Origin: an uncultured virus (IMG/VR IMGVR_UViG_2061766007_003888)
Taxonomy: Duplodnaviria; Heunggongvirae; Uroviricota; Caudoviricetes
Reading direction: 5' to 3' (one strand)
DNA: 64,000 nucleotides
Virus record (IMG/VR): IMGVR_UViG_2061766007_003888
This document shows positions 20,658 through 32,707 of the stretch, in pieces. The position numbers and the translations under genes were made by a program. Under the pieces are notes generated by a model. That model saw nothing but the letters and a program-made list of their open reading frames with translations, searched no databases and was not told the origin of the DNA. The first letter of the stretch is position 1. The number at the start of each line of letters is the position of its first letter.

Positions 20658-21016
20658 AAGGTTTCCTCTTTGGTTAGCATTTCGAGAATTTTCTTCTGAG
20701 TTTCCTTCTCGTTATCCGAAAACTCCTGAAGTTTTTGATCATTGATTCGGTTTGTCATTATCTGACGGTTACGATCCTTCGCCTGTATAATCCTTACGGG
20801 TATAAAGACAATCAGGAAATAACCGAACAGTATGCCGACAACCGGTAAGATATTCTTGACAAAGTAAAGCACGCCGGTCTGGACGGTATCGCCGAAAACG
20901 CCGAAAACGCCAAGTACCATACTGTAAATGAGAGCACTTCCGATAATGAACGGAAGAACTGCTTTCAACATCGCCTTACTTTTATCTGATAATTTTAATT
21001 TATTAAATAGTTTCAT
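20654..21016 (-). CDS. two-TM membrane protein
   Basis: two hydrophobic helices followed by a charged tail. Confidence 0.6.
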   Translation of the reverse strand: MKLFNKLKLSDKSKAMLKAVLPFIIGSALIYSMVLGVFGVFGDTVQTGVLYFVKNILPVVGILFGYFLIVFIPVRIIQAKDRNRQIMTNRINDQKLQEFSDNEKETQKKILEMLTKEETL

Positions 21017-21577
21017 CGGATTCCAAATATGCGTCGATGTCAGTTTCCGGGATCATATAACATTTCTTGGTAACGGTAAGGCCGTTATCGGATTTCACCG
21101 GATACTTGAATTCCCTGTTATTTTCCTTGGCGTCGACATAGACTATGCGATCGCCGACCTTGGCACGTTCGACCTTGTCGCCCACCATAATTATTTCTGC
21201 CTCTACCATATGGCCTGTAGTATCGAGCTCGGGAATATAGATACCTGCAGAAGTAACCTTATCGGTGCTTGTCTTGGTGACAAGAACATGCTTATCCTTA
21301 ATTCTGGTAATTTTCATATTGTTCTCTTCGTGTTCGAATGTAAAATCTATCATGGTCGCTGGTACCTCGAGGAATTTCTCCTTGGCCAGCGTACCGTCTT
21401 CCTGCTTTACGGGCAATGTTAACTGGATAGCGCTCATTTCGGTAAAGGATACCTTATCGCCGATTTTGAAATCACCGGAAACGAACGTATTGTCTTCTGC
21501 ATTATACGTACCTGGACCCGTCATAATGACAGTGCCGGAAATATTGTCGACAGTACGCTTGAGCTGCGGCAATACGA
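21003..21577 (-). CDS. groES: GroES-like co-chaperonin, domains 2-3 fragment
   Basis: ...GTVIMTGPG...KIGDKV... then IKDKHVLV...TSAGIYIP...IIMVG...KVGDRIVY in one open frame. Confidence 0.8.
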
Positions 21578-22311
21578 NNNNNNNNNNGCTGAGAACCAGG
21601 TATACTTGAATAAGCTGTGGTTGACCCTGTCTACCGCGAAATATATCTACATGCAGATTAAGGACGTGGGTAAGAAGAACGAATCCGTATTTGACGATTC
21701 GAATTATACCCTGCTTACGGAAAGCATTATTTTCGAAGACTCGGATAACGGTAACCGTAAGAGGCACAGTGTCGAAATGGCGATGAATATCTATAACGAC
21801 AACCTCGCCAAGATTGACTTNNNNNNNNNNTGACCCGCAAGACAAGGACAATAAGGTATACAATACGCTCAAGGACTGCCAGAAACTTATGGACTATATC
21901 GTATACGGGCCGAAGTCAAAGGGACTTGCCGGTGACGACCGCGATATCTACCTGCTCGTCGGCTGTATGATTGGGTTCTGTAAGTCCCTCAAGAAGTTCA
22001 AGGGTGACGATACCGATTACAGGCCGCAGGGCATAAACAAGTCGGATATGACGGACCAGGGAGAACAGACTACCGCGGGTACNNNNNNNNNNAGACGATA
22101 CCGATTACAGGCCGCAGGGTATAAACAAGTCGGATATGACGGACCAGGGAGAACAGACTACCGCGGGTACTGAATCTGAAGCATGTATCCCAAATTATTC
22201 GAAAGACAGTCTGATTAACGANNNNNNNNNNCGAATCTGAAGCATGTATCCCAAATTATTCGAAAGACAGTCTGATTAACGAAATATATAAATATATAAA
22301 AGGATAACAAC

Positions 22312-23667
22312 ATGTTACAGGAAGATTTTGAAAAACTGGTTGAAAATATAGCGTCCATGGACAAGGACTATAAGATTGTGGTCGAAGACGTGGATGTCAG
22401 CGAAACCGAAAGCCAACCCGTACAGAAGGACGTACGTACTGAAATTCGCGAAGCGATTAAGCCGCAGGTCGATATCGTCGCGTCCCTGATTACGACTATC
22501 AAGGACGCTTTCGAAGACAACCTTGACCAGACTAAAAGGATGAATGACGCGATTGACCAGAATCAATCGTGGGAACAGACGATTCGCGGCGCTTGCGAGC
22601 AGGTCATCAAGACCGTTGAAGCAAAAGACGGCTCTGTCGACAGGCCCGAATCCATTACGCAGAACAGCAGCAAATGCTCGCCCAAGGCATTCAATAANNN
22701 NNNNNNNCCTGTAGTTTCCCTGGCCGAAATAATAGCGCTGCACGTAGCGGATCGCGTCCGCTATTATGTAGTTCAGCTGTTCATCCGAAATTTCCACACA
22801 GATTACCGGGGAACCGAGCATCATCTTGATATAGTTCCTCATCTGCGCCATGTTCTGGATACGCGTAGATTCGAGTATCGGGTCGCAGTTGGGCGACGGA
22901 GGAGGCGGTTCTACCGGTCTGGGTATAGGAGGACCCGGCGGGAACGGCATCGGGCCCGGAGGAGGCGGGAATGGCGTCGGACCCGGAGGAGGCGGNNNNN
23001 NNNNNACAAATCTTGTAATGGGTCTGGCCAGGAACAAGTTCCATTACGAGGTAGTCNNNNNNNNNNTGACGATACTGACGATAAGCCGGAAGATGCGGCA
23101 GAAGCAAAAAGTGAAGAACAGAGTGAATCCGATAACGGTAAACCCGGTAACCTGGATTGGATAAAGACCGGTGCGGGCAGCAAGCTCATCAACCTTTACA
23201 AGATTTTCAGCGAGAACCCACAAAAGGTCAGACCTGATATTTCCATGGTCAAGAGTATGGCTAAGGAAAAGAAACAGGGCGATATTCAGAAGAAGTTTAC
23301 CGAAATAACTCATAATCTCAGTAATACATTACAGAATATACAGATTAATCCTATTACTGATGGGTTGATCGCTTTCGATTATGCCTTCGGCGAAAACGCC
23401 GATGAAAGCAAGTTGGGTACACTGGCGCGTGCATTCAAACTCGAAGGATTTAAATCCAATAACAAGGATAAGAAGAAAGAGGAGAAAGAATCGGACAGTA
23501 TGTCAGCTGATACGTTGGCGGAAAAACGCGACGAACTTCTTAAGCTGATAGATAATAACAGCGCCATAATGAAGGAAGTTAAGTCGCTTAACGATTTCGT
23601 CAGATCCGCGGAAAACAATTCTTGGCTTGAAAAATATTCCGACAGGATTAAGGCCGCTGAAAATTAC
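22312..23667 (+). CDS. long hypothetical late protein, fragmented (other pieces at 21588-22281 and 29659-29922)
   Basis: TATAAATA and AAGGA before MLQEDFEKLVE; open frames at 22312-22697 and 23067-23667. Confidence 0.4.
22708..23056 (-). CDS. neck protein gp13-like, N-terminal fragments with poly-Pro segment (likely start ATG at 23764)
   Basis: MRNYIKMMLGSPVICVEISDEQLNYIIADAIRY matches the T4 gp13-type N-terminus. Confidence 0.7.
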
Positions 23668-23811
23668 NNNNNNNNNNNNNNNNNNNNNNNNNNNNNNNCG
23701 GGAACCCTACCGGATCCCTGCCTGGAAGTTGGTTTTCTTCGAATATCGTGTTATCTAAACCCATACATTATTTATAGTGGAAAAAATTCAAATAAAAGTC
23801 CGAAAGGTTAT

Positions 23812-23840
23812 TTTACAAGCGTCAAATAAATTGCTATATT
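23812..23840 (+). promoter_or_regulatory. sigma70-like early promoter
   Basis: TTTACA-17nt-TATATT with extended TG. Confidence 0.65.
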
Positions 23841-23880
23841 GTGGTATACAGTCAAGAGACTGTTATAAAAAGAGGTTAAT

Positions 23881-24174
23881 ATGAATAAGAAGATGAAAGC
23901 CGGTACCTATGTGATGAACAAGAAAACCGGAAAGACATACGTGGTCGCAACCGATACGTTGCAGTCCAAGAACCGCCGTCAGCTTACCGGTCTGGAAATT
24001 CGCCGTCCTGAATCTATTCAGGTTTGTGAATCCAGCCTCCGTATGCTTACCCGTGACGAAGCCAAGCTCTGCATGGAAGCCGAACGTCTCGTTCGTAGCG
24101 GCCACAAGCTTTCTGTCAAGGACAAGGCAATCCTTAAGGCATGGCGTTCTTTCCGTGCCGATATCATGGGATAA
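23881..24174 (+). CDS. basic hypothetical early protein
   Basis: 97-aa ORF, GAGG RBS. Confidence 0.7.
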   Translation: MNKKMKAGTYVMNKKTGKTYVVATDTLQSKNRRQLTGLEIRRPESIQVCESSLRMLTRDEAKLCMEAERLVRSGHKLSVKDKAILKAWRSFRADIMG

Positions 24175-24198
24175 CTGACCGCGGTCACGGCAGGAAAT

Positions 24199-24852
24199 AT
24201 GGATTGTTATTTTATCAATAATCTGGAATTACCGTTTAACGATCGTGTACGTAAAGGTGAACTTTACGACCGGTTTATAGACGAGTACTTTCTTCCTGCC
24301 GACAACGTTTGTATTGCTGGCGGTATATCGGAATTCGGCGATGTCTCCGCATCGTTCTTAATACGCCTCGCCCAAAAGTACAGGGGTGTATTTTTTGTTT
24401 ATGGTGGTTGTGATATGAAATCCGATATACCGCTCGATACAAAGTTTGAAAATATCAAGAACAAGTTCCGTTCGTTACAGAAAAACAAATGTATACCGAC
24501 TAGGCTCGACGGTACATCCGTAATTTCCAAGACCGGCTTGCATTTGGGCGGAGCGATGGGCTTCAGTACGCAAGAAAAAATTTCCACTTGGAAGTGGTGG
24601 ACCAAGAATAAAAAAGATATATTTACTGATGAACGGCTGCGACTGGAAACTGTTATTAATTCGCTGCCCAAGGTTATAATATCTTACTATACACCGGAAG
24701 ACATGGATTTATTCAATACTGCCGAACTTTGGCATTACGGGATGGGAAATTCCAAAAATATATCCGAAGTAGATGGGCACCTGTATATTACGAACAGCTG
24801 CCATGCGGATTCCGGGAAATTTACAAAACATGATTTTTTAATAAACTTATAG
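24199..24852 (+). CDS. calcineurin-like metallophosphoesterase fold, degenerate
   Basis: motif order retained (FINNLEL, CIAGGIS, FVYGGCD, ISYYTP, WHYG) but metal ligands replaced. Confidence 0.5.
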   Translation: MDCYFINNLELPFNDRVRKGELYDRFIDEYFLPADNVCIAGGISEFGDVSASFLIRLAQKYRGVFFVYGGCDMKSDIPLDTKFENIKNKFRSLQKNKCIPTRLDGTSVISKTGLHLGGAMGFSTQEKISTWKWWTKNKKDIFTDERLRLETVINSLPKVIISYYTPEDMDLFNTAELWHYGMGNSKNISEVDGHLYITNSCHADSGKFTKHDFLINL

Positions 24853-24862
24853 AGGTAACTTG

Positions 24863-25609
24863 ATGAAAGTTGTCGGTTTTGATATTCTTATCGAAGAAAA
24901 TAAATCTATTAACGAATTTATAAGTGGCGGACTCGTGTTACCCCAGATTGGCACGTTGCCTATGGCATATGGCAGGGTCGTACAGGTCGGCGACGGCAGG
25001 CTGAACAAGAAATTCAACGAACATATTCCAGTAAAGGTCAAGGTCGGCGAGCTCGTCATTTACAATCCGGGCGTAGCTAAACCGATTACTCTGAAAAATT
25101 CCGGCAAGACATACTTGAAGATGAAGCAGAACGAGGCTATCCTCGTGCTCAAGGAAGAAAATGGCGAAGTTGTCGGCGTAGACCGTATGTTACAGAACTA
25201 CGTGCTCGTCAAGCGCGACGAGAAAGATACTGTTTCCCTCGGCGGTATCGTATTGCCGCAGCTCAAGCGTACTGTCGACAANNNNNNNNNNCATCCTCGT
25301 GCTTAAGGAAGAAAACGGCGAAGTCGTCGGCGTAGACCGTATGTTACAGAACTATGTGCTCGTCAAGCGCGACGAGAAAGATACGGTTTCCCTCGGCGGT
25401 ATCGTATTGCCGCAGCTCAAGCGTACTGTCGACAATATTTCCGGCACTGTCGTTATGACGGGTCCCGGTACGTATAATGCGGAAGACAATACGTTCGTTT
25501 CCGGTAATTTCAAGATCGGCGACAAGGTATCCTTTACCGAAATGAGCGCTATCCAGTTGACATTGCCCGTAAAGCAGGAAGACGGTACGCTGGCCAAGGA
25601 GAAATTCCT
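24863..25609 (+). CDS. groES: GroES-like co-chaperonin, domains 1-2 fragment
   Basis: SGGLVLP...GRVVQVGDG...VKVGELVIY then YVLVKR...LGGIVLP...TGPG...KIGDKV. Confidence 0.8.
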
Positions 25610-25751
25610 NNNNNNNNNNGTTCATAAAGAACTATACTTCGAGAGATTACGGCGTATTGCAGCTTGCACAGGCGATTATGGTATTCTATAATTCGTTGGC
25701 TTAATAAATTGCCTGTTTTATACAATAAAAGGATGACATTCTGTCATCCTT

Positions 25752-26174
25752 TTATTTTTTAGATTCTACGAATTTTATATAGTCGGCCCATTTTTTCAAC
25801 AGGAATTCTTTCTGCTCGTTATTCAGGATATCGATATATCTCTTGGCTTCACGGTTAGTCAGCTTATATTCTTTCTTTACGGCTGTCATGAGATTATTAT
25901 CAGTTTTACAGGCCTTATAAGCGTCGTAGTTGAAATAATGTTTCGTCTTCTTCACCCACGTATACAATATCGTATAATGCTGTTGATCTGTCAGTTTCTG
26001 TATGGACAGTTCATTCGCAAGCGGGATAAGATATTCGTAACTGCTGATAAACCTGTTTATCATGAACTGGCTATAGTTTTTCTGACAGGTTTCGGGCAAG
26101 TCTTCCCACTTGTACTGCTTCGTACATATAAAATTCAATATATCGAATAACGGATTTGTTTTTCGTTCTGCCAT
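25752..26174 (-). CDS. clamp loader small subunit (T4 gp62-like)
   Basis: LFDILNFI...YSQFMINRFIS...LANEL...QHY...EAKRYIDIL pattern. Confidence 0.75.
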   Translation of the reverse strand: MAERKTNPLFDILNFICTKQYKWEDLPETCQKNYSQFMINRFISSYEYLIPLANELSIQKLTDQQHYTILYTWVKKTKHYFNYDAYKACKTDNNLMTAVKKEYKLTNREAKRYIDILNNEQKEFLLKKWADYIKFVESKK

Positions 26175-26202
26175 AATCAAAAGATAACAATATTTTTAAA
26201 GG

Positions 26203-27208
26203 TTATTCGTAAAATTTGCTTAATCTGGAAATAGGCCATTCACCATGAACTTTCTTATCCCATTTCTGGAAAAATACCTTGCGCAGCTGGTCGAAATTTT
26301 TCGGCGGACGGCCTTCGCTGTAATGCTTCACGCCGATATCGATAGTTGAAACCTTATATCCGCGTTCCAGCAACTGGAGACAAATATCGGTATCGTAGAA
26401 ATGATAATCCTTGAGGTTCTCGTCGAAGCGCAGACCTTCTTCGAATATATGCTTAGGGAAAAACATACAGCACCCATCTACTGTAGCCAGGTAGTCATAT
26501 ACTCCGGGATGATCCGCCATCGGATATTCCATAAGCGTGCATTCCTCTGTAAGACCGCCTTGTATAATGGCGCCTTCGGCATATGTCTGACGTCCACCGG
26601 CTTTAGGCACGCCGTTCCACCACGTACAGTTCCTGTCAAGCGCTATCGTACCGATAAGTCCGCATACGCCTATACGAGTATTCTCGAANNNNNNNNNNGT
26701 AATCCTTGAGGTTCTCGTCAAAACGCAGGCCCTCTTTAAATACATGCTTAGGGAAAAACATGCAGCACCCGTCTACTGTAGCCAGGTAATCATATACTCC
26801 TGGATGATCCGCCATCGGATATTCCATAAGCGTGCATTCCTCTGTAAGACCGCCTTGTATAATGGCACCTTCGGCATATGTCTGCCGTCCACCGGCTTTA
26901 GGTACGCCGTTCCACCACGTACAGTTCCTGTCGAGCGCTATCGTACCGATAAGTCCGCATACGCCTATACGAGTATTCTCGAATTTTTTTGCGAGCTTGT
27001 AATCGACGATATCGTACGGCGTACGGATATATGAATCCTTATGCCTAAAACAAATAATAGGATCTTCCTGCTTTAATACTATGTTTTCTATAGCGTAATT
27101 GTATTTTGTCGCGATACTGTTCGCTACTGTATTGTCTATATAAAAACGCTTGTCGGTATCGACATCGATATCTTCGAGGCGTTGTGCAACAGGAATTATT
27201 TCAATCAT
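26203..27208 (-). CDS. GT-A (family 2-like) glycosyltransferase (duplicated segment at gap)
   Basis: SIATKYN...HKD...GLIG...VDGCCMF...FDE...HFYDTDICLQ...GYKV. Confidence 0.75.
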
Positions 27209-27211
27209 CGT

Positions 27212-27886
27212 TTAACCCAGTATATCGCTGATATTCCGTATTTCGAGTTTCATGGCTTCGCCTTTGATCGCGGTAGCGTCAATGACGAGCTTCGTTGAAA
27301 GGTTAGAAAATATGTTCGACTTGCCATCCTTAAACAGGACTATCTTCGCAAACGGCATCTGGCCTTCAAAAAGATGTTCCTGCGATTCGAGCGGCAGATC
27401 CGGCGCGACGGAATCAACATCAATCGGCAATTCGTTATACTTTATGCTGACTGACATGATTTTCTTGCGGGTATCCGCATCTACCGTATTCGTAAACATA
27501 TAAAATGCCAAATTGCATTTTGTCTGTTCCTTCTTAAGTCTTTCCTGAATTTCATCAGCAGTAAGCGGTTTATCGCCGAATTCATTCAGGTCGGAAATAA
27601 TGGGTTCTAACTGCTTATCGAATAACTGACCCGCCTTGACATATTTCAGCTTGTTATCCTTGAAACATGCCGTAAGCGGTAAAACCGAACGTTCAAGTAT
27701 TTCTTCAAGCGCATTTTTCTCATGTTCGGTTGCTACTTCGACAAAATACAAATTGGCATTATTGATATAAGAAATGGATTCTTTATAATCTTCACAAATA
27801 TGACAGGCATCGTCGGTAAACACATAGATACCGTGCCTGTAGCCCGTCAAAAAAGATTCAAAAGATAATTTCTGAGAATCGAACAT
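27212..27886 (-). CDS. thioredoxin-fold protein
   Basis: VFTDDACHIC (CxxC) ... LP..ACFKD. Confidence 0.55.
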   Translation of the reverse strand: MFDSQKLSFESFLTGYRHGIYVFTDDACHICEDYKESISYINNANLYFVEVATEHEKNALEEILERSVLPLTACFKDNKLKYVKAGQLFDKQLEPIISDLNEFGDKPLTADEIQERLKKEQTKCNLAFYMFTNTVDADTRKKIMSVSIKYNELPIDVDSVAPDLPLESQEHLFEGQMPFAKIVLFKDGKSNIFSNLSTKLVIDATAIKGEAMKLEIRNISDILG

Positions 27887-27989
27887 ATTTTCGTATTTAT
27901 ATTAGACTACAATCTTCGGTTCGCTGAANNNNNNNNNNGAAAGATTCAAAAGATAATTTCTGAGAGTCGAACATATTTTCGTATTTATA

Positions 27990-28467
27990 TTAGACTACAA
28001 TCTTCGGTTCGCTGAATTCGGTATGATACGCGGCGACGTACTTCTTGCCGGTTTCGGTATCGGTTTCCTTACGTTTCACATAAAGAGCCAGGGCCTTGAT
28101 CATATCCTTGTCAGGATCGCAATTCAACGTAAAGACATATTCGGTAGTCCAGATTCCGTCCTTGCCTTCCTTACGGGTAAGGAGGATATTCACGAGCTTG
28201 GCTTCAAGTTCCAGCTCGCTGAACTGCAAGTCGTAGGTCAGGTTATAGTTTAATACCGGAATATTGAGCTTGTCCCATGCGTCACGGGTAGCGTTAGGGT
28301 CGATAGCGCCGTTAAAGTCGATATCGTTCTTGAACTGTTGCGTAATCGTNNNNNNNNNNGACACTGCTGCTTTCTACGGCTTTGAGCTGTAGCTGCCAGT
28401 ATACGTCTTCACCTTTACGGATAAGCTTAAAATTGGTCAATGTACTGTCGAATGAAACTGCACGCAT
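27990..28467 (-). CDS. hypothetical protein (gapped)
   Basis: AGGAG RBS and CTATATTT upstream of MRAVSFDS. Confidence 0.55.
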
Positions 28468-28554
28468 AATATTACTCCTTAAAATTTTATACAAATATAG
28501 CTAAAATGTATATAATGAAAAAACCTAAAAAATTAATTTTAGGTTTTCTCGTTT

Positions 28555-29277
28555 TTAAATGATATTCTGTTCTTTCGTATCAAACAGCATCAACATCTCG
28601 TTTATATGCTGGTCGGATTCGAGCCATAACGCGTTATTGTTGGCGAAATCGTATTGCCATTCCAATATTTCGTTATATTTGTCTTTCTTCGTAAGCGGCC
28701 AGAAAATATTGTCGATTTCCTCTACAGTCGATTTTTCCGTAAACTTGCACTGGTTGTTGATTTCACGGTACGGGCTGTCATCGTTCGTACTGAACACGTT
28801 ACCCAGGAATACGCAACCGGTAGCGCATGCTTCGGTAAACCTCAGCGAAGACTTCGCCTTGTTGAACGGGTTGTCGACAATAGAAGCTATACTGAAGTCT
28901 GCGTGGACTTCCATAAATTTTCTCGGGAACGTATGGGAGTCTGCCCACGGGATAAATTGGATTTTTTCCTTTATTTCTTCCCAGAAGAACGGCAGTGCGC
29001 CCATGACGTAAAAGTCAATCTTGTCTTCTTTGACGTTCTTTATCACCCATTCGCAGAGACCCGTATTCCAGTCGCCCCTGTCGCCCGGCTGTCCGGGATG
29101 GCCGTTGGGGAAACTAGGGTGCTGCCCCGGGGCGAGCTTCGGAATAGGCTGCTTGTAATGTGTAGGCGATCCGGAATAAATCACGCGCGGCTTCACGAGA
29201 TCTGCCTTGATACGTTCCTTACGCGGGAAACTCCAGAGAAATCTCGGGACCACGTTCTTGATAACCACGACATTGCC
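28555..29277 (-). CDS. GT-B glycosyltransferase, C-terminal part (N-terminus at 31771-32013; middle pieces at 29403-29648 and 31451-31696)
   Basis: DFSIASIVDNPFNKAKSSLRFTE; N-terminal DTSGCSHVRL...ILFQR. Confidence 0.7.
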   Translation of the reverse strand, partial: GNVVVIKNVVPRFLWSFPRKERIKADLVKPRVIYSGSPTHYKQPIPKLAPGQHPSFPNGHPGQPGDRGDWNTGLCEWVIKNVKEDKIDFYVMGALPFFWEEIKEKIQFIPWADSHTFPRKFMEVHADFSIASIVDNPFNKAKSSLRFTEACATGCVFLGNVFSTNDDSPYREINNQCKFTEKSTVEEIDNIFWPLTKKDKYNEILEWQYDFANNNALWLESDQHINEMLMLFDTKEQNII

Positions 29278-29932
29278 NNNNNNNNNNAACACTGCTGCTT
29301 TCTACAGCCTTGAGCTGTAGCTGCCAGTATACGTCTTCACCCTTACGGATAAGCTTAAAATTGGTCAATGTACTGTCGAATGAAACTGCACGNNNNNNNN
29401 NNCGCGTTATATACCTTCTCGAACATCTTCTTGAGGTACGGCGTAGAGACGCTTATCACGTCGAGCAACGGGATTATCTTACGCATACCGTCCATGATCA
29501 TGTCCATATTCTTGTGGACGTTATCATGGGCCGGATTATACGACGGGACACCGTCTTCATCCTTATTATCGATTTCGCCGGTTATGAACGTAAGGTCGTC
29601 GTATTCGGCGGCGAGCTTGTAACCGTATTTCGGCTGGAGTTCCTTGTANNNNNNNNNNGAGTTTCTGGCAGTCCTTGAGCGTACTGTATACCTTATTGTC
29701 CTTGTCCTGCGGGTCGCCGATAATTTCTTTCAATACAGTTTTCGGCAAGTTGCTATCGCCTGCCTTGGTACCGATATTGGTTTCGGCTATATGCTTTTCC
29801 GCATTATTGAACTCTTCGGCCTTCATAATATCGTATTTGGCGCTACCGAGATCCGGGTCGAGAATCTTCGAAAAGTCAATCTTGGCGAGGTTGTCGTTAT
29901 AGATATTCATCGCCATTTCGACNNNNNNNNNN

Positions 29933-30479
29933 CCAGGAACTCGAATCCGTCGTCGACTTCCAGACAGCGAACTGGATCGGCGATATCAACGAACTGTTTA
30001 CCCTGCCCCATAACGCTCTATACGACTCTGTCATGAGCATGAACAGCTCATCGATTTACAGGGGAGCCTGCTACGGCAACAGCGCCGGTTACGGCGACGT
30101 ATTGGGCTCCTGGAACGCCGCTTTGATGTGGCTTGAACAAGCCAAGGTCGATTTCGGCGAGAGCTACCAGGTGCGCTATAACGAGAAAGAAAAAGAACTG
30201 TCGATCTGGCCGACACCGAGACACCCGGTACGCGGTATCATGGAAGTCTACAAGAGGCAGAAATCCATAAAGATATTCAACGACATCATATACAGGAAAC
30301 TTGTCGTAGCAATGGCTGGAATGAAATGGTGCAATTTTCTAAGAAAATATACTATCACAATTGCTGGCGGCGGTCAATTAAACGCCGATTCACTATACAG
30401 CTCATATAAAGAAGATTATGACTGGTGTATCGAACAAATCAGGTTGGAATCTACACAAGGTGAGTTTTGGATGTCATAA
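29933..30479 (+). CDS. neck protein gp13-like, C-terminal fragment
   Basis: IFNDII...AMAGMKWCNFLRKY..TIAGGGQLNADSLY matches the gp13 C-terminus. Confidence 0.7.
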
Positions 30480-30571
30480 TAGCCGGTAGAGGCAATCCAA
30501 ACGCTATAAATAAGATACAAATGTAAATTTGTATCTTTATTTTTATATTTTTATAAAAAACGGTAATATAT

Positions 30572-31362
30572 ATGAAATGTGAAATTTGCGGCAACGAATA
30601 TGCCCATTTGGGCTTACATTTGAATTATAAACATAAAAATATAACGCAAAAAGAATATTACGATAAATATCTGAAATTACCAGAAGAAGGCTTTTGCTAT
30701 ACATGTAACAAGCCCCTTGAATATATAGATTTAAGTCACGGTTATAGGCATTATTGTAATGCAAAATGTGAATTGGCNNNNNNNNNNNNNNNNNNNNNNN
30801 NNNNNNNNNNNNNNNNNNNNNNNNNNNNNNNNNNNNNNNNNNNNNNNNNNNNNNNNNNNNNNNNNNNNNNNNNNNNNNNNNNNNNNNNNNNNNNNNNNNN
30901 NNNNNNNNNNNNNNNNNNNNNNNNAAATGGTACAAATGTAAAAGCCGCATATATGATATGTCATTCTACCGACGAAATGGAAAAACAACGGGTACAGACA
31001 CGTATCCAGAATAACGGCGGTAGTTATATGACGGAAGAACAAAAAAGAAAACTTCTTGAACTAACAAGCCAACCAGAAATAATTGAAAAACGTATACAAA
31101 GTAGGCGAGAACGATATGGCGATAAATATATGTCCGATACGGCATATAATAAACTAAAAAATAAACCGTATAATACATATTCCGATGTAAACATGGTGAA
31201 TTTTGTTCCACATGGAAACGGTTTATGCACATGTCATTGTGATATATGTGGCAAGGATTATGATATAGATTTAATGACGCTTCGTACACGTAGATATGCG
31301 AATCAAAATCCGTGTACTTATTGTAATCCGATAGGTAGTCATGTATTTTATTCTACGTCTGA
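30572..31362 (+). CDS. zinc-finger protein paralogous to the polymerase-splitting endonuclease; probable homing endonuclease (3' end lost in gap)
   Basis: CEIC..H..H..EYYDKYLK..EG.C..C..YCN..C and CHCDIC...CTYCN; AT-rich. Confidence 0.6.
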
Positions 31363-32023
31363 NNNNNNNNNNCCATTGCGATATATGCGACAAGGATTAT
31401 GATATAGATTTAATGACGCTTCGTACACGTAGATATGCGANNNNNNNNNNTGCGTTATATACCTTCTCGAACATTTTCTTGAGGTACGGCGTAGAAACGC
31501 TTATCACGTCGAGCAACGGGATTATCTTGCGCATACCGTCCATAATCATGTCCATGTTCTTGTGAACGTTATCATGGGCTGGATTATACGACGGGACACC
31601 GTCTTCGTCCTTATTGTCGATTTCGCCGGTTATGAACGTAAGATCATCGTATTCGGCGGCGAGCTTGTAACCGTATTTCGGCTGGAGTTCCTTGTANNNN
31701 NNNNNNAAAAATTTACAAAATTATTTTTCCGGATTTTCTTTATCGGAAGTGGGGAACTGANNNNNNNNNNCCGCTTGATAATATCGTAATCGTTCATGCT
31801 TTCAGGACGCTGAAACAGGATAGTCTTCGTACCGGCGAGCAGGTTAGGGTCGAATGTTATTCGCGGCAGGAGCACGGGAATGACACCCATGTCGTGCCCG
31901 TTGATATATTCAGTATTGTATCTCAGCCTTACATGGCTACATCCGGAAGTATCCTTCGGATATATGATAACCATTTCTTTGCCGTTGATATTTTTCGAAT
32001 TCGCATTAAGCATAGAATACTTC

Positions 32024-32617
32024 TTATTCCTCGCCGTACATATTATCTATCGTATTGAGATTCTCGTAAAACTCCAGGCCGCTTATTTCCTTATCGTTAT
32101 GCTCGTTCATCTCGTTAAGGTAAAGGTTTATGGCGTTTGTAATAAGCTGCGTCACGAACGCGAAAGCGCTGGAATTACGTGTCTCGTCATACCGGTTTAT
32201 ATACATGAAAAGTGTCATCATGCATTCCTGACGGATATCTGCGACGTCTTCGTATGCCGGTGTCTGTATGAGCTTGAACGAAATGATACGGCCGTTGATG
32301 ACTTTCAGGAACGCCTCGCATATTTCGGCCTTGAGCGCGTCGAATTCGATATTGAACTTGCGGCGCTCGTCGTCGGTAAATTCGGCATACTTGTTATGGA
32401 GCGCGGCGATTTCTTGGCGCTTGCGCTGGATAAAGCTCTTTGCGAGAATGTACTTGTCTTCCTCAATAGTACCTTTCGTCTTCTTGTTTTCCAGCTTACG
32501 CTCGTAGGCATTACACCATTCGCCGGTATCGTTGATATTCATTTTATTGAACTTAATTATGAGTTCCCTTAGATACTTATTCGATATGTATCCTTCATCG
32601 TTTTTATCCTGTTTCAT
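32024..32617 (-). CDS. late-transcription sigma factor (T4 gp55-like)
   Basis: YISNK...ICEAFLKV...YINRYD...SAFAFVTQ; consistent with TATAAATA promoters. Confidence 0.75.
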   Translation of the reverse strand: MKQDKNDEGYISNKYLRELIIKFNKMNINDTGEWCNAYERKLENKKTKGTIEEDKYILAKSFIQRKRQEIAALHNKYAEFTDDERRKFNIEFDALKAEICEAFLKVINGRIISFKLIQTPAYEDVADIRQECMMTLFMYINRYDETRNSSAFAFVTQLITNAINLYLNEMNEHNDKEISGLEFYENLNTIDNMYGEE

Positions 32618-32707
32618 GTTAAACCTTTTTAATAAATAGAAATCCAATATTAAATATAGAATAATTTTGTAAATTTTTATTTACAAAATTATTTTTCCGG
32701 ATTTTCT

